From: the human T2T-CHM13v2.0 reference genome, Homo sapiens
Assembly: GCF_009914755.1 (NCBI RefSeq)
Contig: NC_060930.1
Length of the DNA stretch: 64,000 bases
Direction: 5' to 3' (one strand)
Part shown: positions 45,972-64,000 of the stretch, piece by piece
Layout: each line of letters begins with the position of its first letter
Position numbering within the stretch: position 1 is the stretch's first letter
Notes under the pieces: generated by a model
What the model was told of the DNA's origin: nothing
Seen by the model: the letters and a program-made list of their open reading frames with translations, nothing else
Databases searched by the model: none
Made by a program: the position numbers and the translations under genes

Positions 45972-46338
<367 letters not shown>

Positions 46339-46550
46339 CAATTTACCTCTTAACTCAGCAGCTCACATGAGGGAATAGAAAGAAAGAAAGAAAAAAAAAG
46401 CGGGGAGTAGATAGAGAAGACTTTGCCAAGAATGAAGTTGTGAGAATGTGAAGCAGAGGGCTGGATAGGAGACTGCCACCTGGCCCAACCTCCGCTCCAG
46501 CTTGGGGAAGGGTCGGGAGGAGGACTGGGAGGAGCTGAGCCCAGCCTTAC

Positions 46551-46682
46551 TTTTCTTGCCTTGGGGGAGGCCAGTCCTTGGCCTGGGAGGGCTGAAGCTG
46601 CTGGGGCTGAGAGGAGTGGTGCAGCCAGGGCTGGGAGTGGGGGGATTGTACAAGTAGGAGCCTACACCACCAATGTTCACCC
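46551..46682 (-). CDS. CRIP3: CRIP3 exon 4 (GVNIGGVGSYLY...PQGKK)
   Basis: 132 nt; ag/gt boundaries. Confidence 0.93.
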
Positions 46683-46777
46683 CTGAAGAGAGAATAGGGG
46701 AGGTCAGGCTTGAGCCCCCAGCTCCCAGCCACAAGGAGGGTTCTGCTGACCCATGGCCCCTTAAGGCTGGTACTTAC

Positions 46778-46835
46778 CCCTGGGTCCAAAGAGAGCCCCA
46801 TAGCATGGCTTGTGGCAGTATGGCCTCCCATTGTG
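46778..46835 (-). CDS. CRIP3: CRIP3 exon 3 (HNGRPYCHKPCYGALFGPR)
   Basis: 58 nt; ag/gt boundaries. Confidence 0.95.
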
Positions 46836-47253
46836 CTGGGCACAAGCAGAGGGAAGTGGGTTACTCAAGGCCAGCGGGAGCCATGCCCCACAGGCCTTCA
46901 CCCCAGACAGGCTGCCAGGTGTGTCTGTCCACTGGCTGAGTCTGGTGGGCCTGGGAGGGGTGGGGGATGGGCTGGCATGCCAGCATTTCCACTGTGGTCA
47001 AGGGAGGAAGAGCAAGAGCAGCTCAGAAGGTGACGCTGCTTCCCACTCACCCTGATCCCCAAAACCATGGGATCCACAGTCACGACCCAGGTTCCCAAAT
47101 TCCTGGCTGGTGTGGGGTCCACCAGGTGGGCGGCCTTGGGGTTGGCTACTGAGGTTCCCTTTGGCAGGCCTCCAGTGCTGAAGTTGGGGGCTGGTGCCTG
47201 GGGGGTGGGAGGCAGTGATGTAAACAGGGCAGTGCTCCCTGGCCAGGTCTTAC

Positions 47254-47348
47254 CTCTGCATGCCCGCCAGGGGACAGGATGCTGTGGCAGCGCTCACATT
47301 TCAGGCAGAAGCGGTGCCAGTTCTTGCCCAGGGAGCTCACCTTCTCAG
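47254..47348 (-). CDS. CRIP3: CRIP3 exon 2 ([21 protein letters not shown]...GHAE)
   Basis: 95 nt; ag/gt boundaries; LIM1. Confidence 0.95.
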
Positions 47349-47539
47349 CTGTGGAGGACAAAGTGGAACCGAGCTGCGAGGAGCCTGTCCAAGCATAGGG
47401 CCCCTCCTTTCCCTCTTCGGCCCTCTAGGGAATTAGGTTGGCCTGCCCTGCTTCCTGGAGATGAGTGTCTCCAGGAGGCCAGCTCCATCCCGCTCCGGTT
47501 TCACACTCCCCACAGAGCTCTCAGAGGAAGGGAGAAGAC

Positions 47540-47880
47540 CCGAGTGGGAGCGGGTGGTGCGGAGACTACCAGCCGCTGCAGGTGAAAAGGATGTCTGGGA
47601 CTACACTGTGGCTAGCCCTCCGCGTCCTCAGGGAATCCAGCGGCTCCCATTCGCCCCATCTTCTCCCCCTCCGCAGCCCGGGCCTCACCGAAGAAAACAG
47701 GTTGCTGGCAACGCGGACAGGTCCAGCTCATAGCTCCGCTCCAGGCAGCGCACGCGGCACACAGTAGGTACGCCGCTGCGGCTCAGTTCCGCCCCCTCCG
47801 CAGGCTCCACCCACGGCTCAGCTTTGAGCCTCCCTGGGCGGAATCCGCGGTTCCTCGGCGCTCATTGGTTATCAGAAATT
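47540..47880 (-). promoter_or_regulatory. CRIP3: CRIP3 CpG-rich promoter with GC boxes and CCAAT box (47864-47868)
   Basis: ccgccc/gggcgg motifs and attgg just upstream of exon 1. Confidence 0.7.
47689..47731 (-). CDS. CRIP3: CRIP3 exon 1 (MSWTCPRCQQPVFF)
   Basis: ATG at 47731-47729; G|gtgag donor; LIM CxxC start. Confidence 0.95.
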
Positions 47881-48480
47881 TAGAACCACTCCACTTGGGA
47901 GACAAAGGGCTATTTCGCTGTTACTTCAAAGAGCATTAAAGCCTCGGTCAGACCCACGGGGAGGAGAGAGGATCTTGAAGCCGTGGACTCCAGACTAGGA
48001 AGGCACATGTGTAACGAAGACACCTGGACAGGGAGCTCTACTAGTTTCTGGAGCGGTAAGGACAGGAAAAATGTCCACAGTGCAGACATCATTAAAACAC
48101 TACTCTCTCCAAAGCGAGGGAGTAGGCATTCTTTGAAATGCAAAATTCCACCTTGGCAGTATAGCAAGTGGTTGAAAGCAACAAAATCTGGAGCCCGTCT
48201 CTGGTACCCTACTCTTTGACTTCAGGCAAATTACTGAACCTCCCTCTCTGCCTCCATTTTCTCATCTGTGCAATGAGTATGATAACAGTCTCTGCCTCAT
48301 AGGATTGTTATGAGAGTTAAATAGGTTAATACATGTAGAGTGCCCAAACAGCGCCTGGCATGTAAACGCTGTAACAGCTATAGCTATCACTATGATGGAT
48401 CCCTTAATGAACTCAAGACTCGGTTTGGAAGCCTCAGAACATGGTCTGTATACAATCGTTTACTCCTAAAGCTGTAGGGT

Positions 48481-49140
48481 GGCTGGACACAGTGGCTGAC
48501 ACCTGTAATCCCAGCACTTTGGGAGGCCAAGGTGGGCGGATCGCCTGAGGTCAGGAGTCCAAGACCAGCCTGGCCATCGAGGCGAAACTGCGTCTCTACT
48601 AAAAATACAAAAATTAGCTGGGCGTGGTGGCGCATGCCTGTAATCTCAGCTACTCGGGAGGCTGAGGCAGGAGAATCGCATGAACCGGGAGGTGTGGAGG
48701 TTGCAGTGAGCCGAGATCGCACCACTGTACTCCAGCCTGGGGGACAAGAGCGAGACTCCATCTCAAAATAAATAAATAAATAAAAATGAAAACCAACTAC
48801 ACATTTCTAATCTGGTTTGCTTTAAAATTTTTAAATATTTGTGTTTTTAATGAATGTATTTATTTGAGGCAGGGTCTCTGTTGCCCAGGCTGGAATGTAG
48901 TGGTGCATCGTAGCTCACTGCAGTCTCCACCTGCCCGGCTCAAGCGATCCTCTCACTTTAGCCTCTGGAGTAGCTGGGACTACAGACACATGCCACCACA
49001 CCTGGCTAATTTTTGTATTTTTTGTAGAGATGGGGTTTTGCCATGTTGCCCAGGCTGGTCTCGAATTTCTGGGCTCAAGCGATCCACCTGCCTGGGCCTC
49101 CCTAAGTGCTGGGATTACAGGTATATGCCCCCATGCCCAG
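48481..49140. mobile_element. Two Alus tail-to-tail (+ 48481-48785; - ~48860-49140)
   Basis: Alu consensus. Confidence 0.85.
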
Positions 49141-49161
49141 ATAAATATTTGTTAAAAGTAG

Positions 49162-49353
<192 letters not shown>

Positions 49354-49365
49354 GTAGTTCAATAG

Positions 49366-50330
49366 TGCTTCAAAGGATATTTCAAGAAATTTAAATCCAG
49401 AGAATGGAAGAAATATTTGCAAATCTGATAAGGATCTAGTAACCAGATTATATAAATAACTTATAATGCAATAACAAAAAGACAACCCAATTAAAAGTGA
49501 GCAAAGTATTTGAATAGATGTTTTTCTAGAGATACACAAATGGCCAATAAGCACATGAAGAGATGCTGAATATCAATAGTCATTAGGGAAATGCAAATTA
49601 GGACCACAATGAGATACCATTTTATACTGACTAGGATGGTTATAATTAAAGAGACAAATATTGGCAAGAATGTGGCAAAATTGGATCCCTCATACATTGT
49701 TGGTGGCAACATAAAATGGTGTGGCCACATTGGACAACAGTCTGGCAGTTCCTCAAAAAGTTAAACATAGAGTTACCATATGACTCAGCAATTCCACTTC
49801 CAGGTTTATACCCAGGTATATAAGAGAAATGAAAACATATGTCTATACAAAAACTTGTACATGAATGTTCATAGCAGGACTATTTACAATAGTCAAAAGG
49901 TAGAAACAGCCCAAAAGTTCATTAACTGATAATGGATAAACAATATGTAGTATATCTGTATGATAGAATATTGCTCAACTGTAAAAAAGAATGTAATACT
50001 GATGCATGTTACAACACAGGTAAACCATAAAAACATTAAGTAAGAAAAGCAAGACACAAGAGGCCACATATCATATGAATCAATTCATATGAAATATTTA
50101 GAATAGGTAAATCCACAGAGACAGACAGTAGATTAGTGGTTGGCCAGTCAAGGAGATGGAATTGGAAATGTCCACTAATGGGTTCGAAGCTTCTCTATGG
50201 GAAGATAAAAATGTTCTGGAATTAGATAGCAGTAATGTTTGTACAACCTTGGAAATATACTAAAAAGCATGAACTGTAGACTTTAAAAAGGCGAATTTTA
50301 TGGTATATGCGTAATGTCTTAACAACAACA
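49366..50330 (+). mobile_element. Old L1 (L1MB/MC-like) ORF2 end and 3' UTR
   Basis: aaatggccaataagcacatgaagagatgct...gagttaccatatgactcagcaattccac. Confidence 0.85.
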
Positions 50331-50374
50331 ACAACAACAACAATAGAACCTGAAGAAAACTAAAGAAAAAAGGC

Positions 50375-50648
50375 GGCCAGAAGTGGTGGCTCACGCCTGG
50401 TCCCAGCACTTTGGGAAGCTGAGGCAGGTGGACCACTTGAGCCTAGGAGTTAGAGACCAGCCTGGGCAACATGGCGAACCTCATCTCTACAAAAAATCAG
50501 CTGGGCTTGGTGGCATGTGCCTGCGAGGCTGAGGTGAGAGAATCACCTGAGCCCGGGAAGTTGAGGCTGTAGTGAGCTGAGATCACGCCACTGCACTCCA
50601 GCCTGGGCAACAGAGTGAGACTGTCTCAAAAAAAAAAAAAAAAAAAAG
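50375..50648 (+). mobile_element. AluJ-like element
   Basis: Alu consensus. Confidence 0.85.
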
Positions 50649-51161
50649 GCAGGGGGACTGGGGGGAAAGGTAGCCAATGAAGAGCTGGAGGGAAGAGCTG
50701 ATAAACTTGTGCCAGTGTCCCAGCAGAGGAGACAATAATCAATCCCTCTATGAAGGATGGAAGTGAAACCGAGTTTTCTTGAGTAAGTTCCTTTGTTACA
50801 TCAAATCCGTTGAGGAAGGGCTTGCACCAAATTCATCAATGGACTGCAGTGCCGTGCTCTGCTAGGTGAAAGGCGCACTGTCTTAAGTGTCTCCTCTTGG
50901 GACATCAGTTCCTTCATCTGGGTAATGGGGTAGGGACTGGGGTCTATGAACTTCCACTGGATATTCCTGTTCCTGAATTGTCTCCATCAATCCTTTTTAC
51001 TTATAACACTTGTTTTATCATTCTTAAGTTCTAAGGGTAGAAGCCTTCCACACTGTAATTTTTCTACACTTTCTCATTATTTGTTTCTTGTTTCAGGGAA
51101 TATTTCAAGATGCTTAGTTTTATAACTGTTTCTTGAAAGGCTTCTTCTTTAACAAATTTGA

Positions 51162-52160
<999 letters not shown>

Positions 52161-53687
52161 CATTAGTTTCTTCTTGGAGGAAGAAGCTACAGGTTTACTG
52201 ACTTTTGCTCCCTATGGCTCTCAGAGAGAAGTACCCACTTCAGGAGGTTGGGAGGACTGCATTGGTATGTTTATTCTTAGATATGCTGCCTCCTCAAGGA
52301 AGGCTAATTTCATCTTCCCAGGTTCTCAGAACTTCCAGGACACATCAAATAATCCTTTTCCAAGGTTCTCTAGCACTTTCTGTCTTGGATTACCTTGTGT
52401 GCTTGCCTCATCTGCCTGGGCAGGTCATCTTTACCCCAGCATCTAGCACAGGGCCCAACACAAAGGAACAAACCTTGCGGTGTGAGTCCCATGTTGCTTT
52501 CACATAGCTTGCAATCAGTCAGTGGCGCAAATGCTTTACTGCTCCCCACATCTTGTAGGGCCTTTATTGTATGGCCTAATCTCACAATATGCTTCGGCTC
52601 TTCTATTTCAGTGCTTAGGAAAGACTAGTTGAGGCTCCACCCTTCCAAACACTTGCACTATGCATTTGCAGGTACAGCAAATTACAGTTTCCATTATTGA
52701 CTCGAACAGAAGCTATGTAAAGAATAACTGGGAAAACACATTTCTTGTAGGAATGCATTTGAGTTACTGACAGTGGATGTTTTGAAGAACAGTTGGTGTG
52801 ACTAAAGTCTCTAAAATGATATTTTAATAAATACTACAGATGGGTAAGTCCACCTCAAAGAAGGTATTACTCAATTGTTAAGGTGCAGTTTGTGTCATCT
52901 CCCATTAGAGGCAGGCCTCTTTCTCACAAAGACCACTGTTCCCTTAGTGCCCGCCCTGCCTTTTTCCTGCACAGACCTCTCTGTTACAGTATCTGTAACA
53001 TTGTATGACACTTGTTTACTTGTTTGACTTTGACAGAACTGATGGAGAATTATCTGTGTATCTTTAACAGTGAGTGCAGTATAGGTAATCAGTAAATGAT
53101 AGCTATTATTATTAAACTCTCCCACTAACTTTACTTCATGTTTTTAAGCTCTATTATTAGGTACATAAATGTTTCAGGATTGTGTTTGCTCGAGGAATTA
53201 ACCGTTTGATTAGTGTTGTTAGAAAAGCTGAAGAAACAAGCTTTTCCATTCTAGGTGAGTAAGTGGTCCCGTAGAGATAGTGACTTCTAGTCCCTGGAGG
53301 GCTGTCACATGGAAAAGGCATTAGGGGTACTACCAAGACCCCTGGAGAGAGAACACAGGGAAGCAGATTTGGATTAGGTCCCCTCCAAAACCCTTTTAAT
53401 AGAGCCCCAATATAGAGTGGCTGCTTCAGACAGTGGTGAGCTTCCTGTTTCTGGACACAATACTGGACAATAAACCAACTGATCCTCAGTGTTGCAGAAG
53501 GTATCCAAATATCATATGCAGATAGAACTTTAAAGCCTCTTCATGATTTAACAATTATGATTCTGTGATTCCTTTCCCAAAAAGGAGCTTGAAACTTGTG
53601 TTAGAAAGAGGGCATTACTAGAGCTGATGAAGGGTAGAAATGTTACATTCCCAATTGTATAAAAAAGAAAGTGGCTTGGTAAGGTTA

Positions 53688-56247
<2,560 letters not shown>

Positions 56248-58110
56248 ATGCCTGTGACTTTTAAGGCATTACCCAGAACTTTGTTCTTAGATAACTCTTT
56301 TGAAAGGGAAATCACTCAGTTCTGGTAAGTTAATGAAAAATCAGTCTTATTTCTTTATAGTTGTGTTTCTTAATCCTTACTACCCATAAACCTTTTGCTT
56401 TCTCATTGCATCTTCTGCATGTCTGCTCCAACTACAAAGCTTTACTTTCTGTAGTTTATATTACTTTTTAAAAAGGGAAACACACACAAAACAAAAAAAG
56501 ACTGAATTTGCTTTCTTAAAACATACTAATCACCCCACCCACAGAGAACTGCTGCTGTATAGTTATAAACATCATTTATGGCTCTAGCAAGAGTCTGTTT
56601 AATTTTTTTCCCCCTCATTTTCCAGCATCATCTTGCCATTACATGAACCTGTTGAGAGTACTCTGTATAAAGCTAATAGTGGTTAGCTGCTTAGGGATAT
56701 TGAGTAGGCTACATTTTGTGATTCAGTGGCATCAACTAGACTAATTCAGAATCAAGACTGCAGGAAAGGACACCCTAAACCTTTGCCATGAGTGCCTTCA
56801 ACCTATGTTTGCGAAGAAATCAATAACATCTTTAAACGATGGTTTTTCATGCAAAGATGGATTTGGCTTTTCAAGTATTCACTTAGAAATGTGTATTTCA
56901 TCTGAAAATATATAAAAATAACTACCTACAAATAATTTGCAGCATGAAAAATGTATCCATATGCTGGAAACTGAGGAGGAATAGAAAGAAGTGAAACTTG
57001 GTAGTCAGCTTGCTTATAAATCTGATAGATGGTGGCAATGCTCCGTGGAGTTGGCGTAAAGTCCTAGTAACTTCCTCATCTTCATGCTAAGGTCTGGAGG
57101 GTAATTTTTAAATAATATACAAAAATAGTCCTTACAGGTCATGAGACTATGTTAATGCTATGTTAATGAGGCTAAAACAGTTTAATCTTGTGATTCATAC
57201 AAATGCAAATGCTTACCTTTCCATAGAGGAGTCTTTCATTTCCTCTATGAAGCTCAAGGTCACAGAATCAGGAGTCAAATTCCACCCTCTTCCCAAATCC
57301 AAAATGATTGGGCTTTTCCTCTTCTTCTCCTGGGCTTTTGGAACAGGCAGAGCTATAAAGCGCTTATTTGTAATTTCTACCCTCCTATTACCAAAAAAGA
57401 AGGCAGCATCTTAGTGGAGACAAGAAACTGAACACTGATCTTTTGATAAAAGCCATAAAGAGAAAGTCTACAAAGAAGGCACTGAACCTTTGTAGCTTTA
57501 TATTTTTATTTTCTACTTTGAAGCATTTCCTTTGAAGAACCTCATCTCTCCCTATTCCATGTTAATTCAAATTTGTCTATGTGGTTTAATAAGGCAGACC
57601 CTGCCTTCTTATGATGAGCTTGTAACCTGGACCTGGTCCGAGTACTTCACCCATCTGACCATAGTAATTGTTCAGGTATAGAAATGTGGCTCAAATCAGA
57701 CTAATCATCATCCTCCCTAAGACTGGTATTATAAGAAAGGATATACTCTCAATTTCTAGATAGAAGCCTATAAGGACCAGACAGCTTGAAACTGAAGGGG
57801 GTATCTTGCCTCTGAGTAGAGAGACTTCTGAAAATAAGGCCAAGCAGAGCAGAAGGACTGGGGAAGAGAGAATCCAGATGACATCTCTGACCTTCTGGAT
57901 GTGGCTCTCAGTTTCCTGGTTACCAACCCATAAGTCACCACTCCGATCGTCTTTCTTAAGTTTATTTGCATTAGGTTTCTTTTTTTCTTCTTCTTAACCA
58001 CTAGACAATATAGAAAGTATTAGGTTTCTGACACAACCCCAAGGGTCCTAATTAACAAAACACGTATCTTTATACAATATAAATGTTTCTTGCACATAAG
58101 AATATATTGA

Positions 58111-58722
<612 letters not shown>

Positions 58723-58924
58723 TTATATCATCTTGTGTAAAGTTATGATATTGTAGGTAGTTTTACATACGTATTTGCTTAATGCATGATTTAAAAGATA
58801 ACATGGTGGGAAAAAAAAGGGCTGGAAAATAAAGGCTGGAAAAAAATGTACTGGAAAATTGAGGAAAAAGCAAGTTCAATTATGAACATAATTATGAACA
58901 AGTTCAATTATGAACTAGTTCATA

Positions 58925-59249
58925 ATTATGTTAAAACTTAATCCCCAATGCAATAATATTTAGAGATAGGGCCTTTAGGAGGTGGTTAGACTATGAGGGC
59001 AGAGGCCTCATGAATGTGATTAGTGCCTTTATAAAAGAGGCCAGGGAACCTGTTTGCCCTTTCTGCCATGCGAGGTTACTGTGAAAAGACTTTCATCTAT
59101 GAGGAAGAAGGTTCTCACCAGACACCAAATCTGTAAGCACCTTGATCTTGGACTTCCCAGCCTTTGGAACTGTGAGCAGTAAATTTCTGTTGTTTTTAAA
59201 TTACCCAATCTAAGCTATTTTGTCAGAGTAAGCTGAATGGATTAAAACA
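58925..59249 (+). mobile_element. MaLR solo LTR (MST/MLT1-like)
   Basis: aatccccaatgc...gccctttctgccatg...caccttgatcttggacttcccagcct...gaatggattaaaaca. Confidence 0.8.

Positions 59250-64000
<4,751 letters not shown>

Overview
Primate DNA, almost certainly human 6p21.1, identified from gene content and Alu/L1 load. It holds the 3' part of TTBK1 (+; last three canonical coding exons and 3' UTR), the complete SLC22A7/OAT2 gene (+; 10 exons summing to 546 aa, plus a 6-nt microexon) and the complete CRIP3 gene (-; 8 exons summing to 204 aa). SLC22A7 and CRIP3 have overlapping 3' ends. The last ~16 kb are repeat-dense, with an RPL12 retrocopy, old L1, Alus, MER2 and a MaLR LTR. Most notable: (1) decayed, spliced-looking minus-strand coding remnants at ~50.7-57.4 kb resembling ZNF318 in collinear order, a candidate dead tandem paralog; (2) an in-frame alternative terminal exon of TTBK1 (8406-8714) that would swap out the poly-Glu/SxIP tail and may carry a ~6.7-kb 3' UTR; (3) an inversion between two head-to-head Alus, revealed by swapped target-site duplications (TSDs); (4) a 127-bp near-perfect palindrome at an Alu truncation point. 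Protein and repeat-family comparisons are from memory, not from a database search. Repeat boundaries are approximate.
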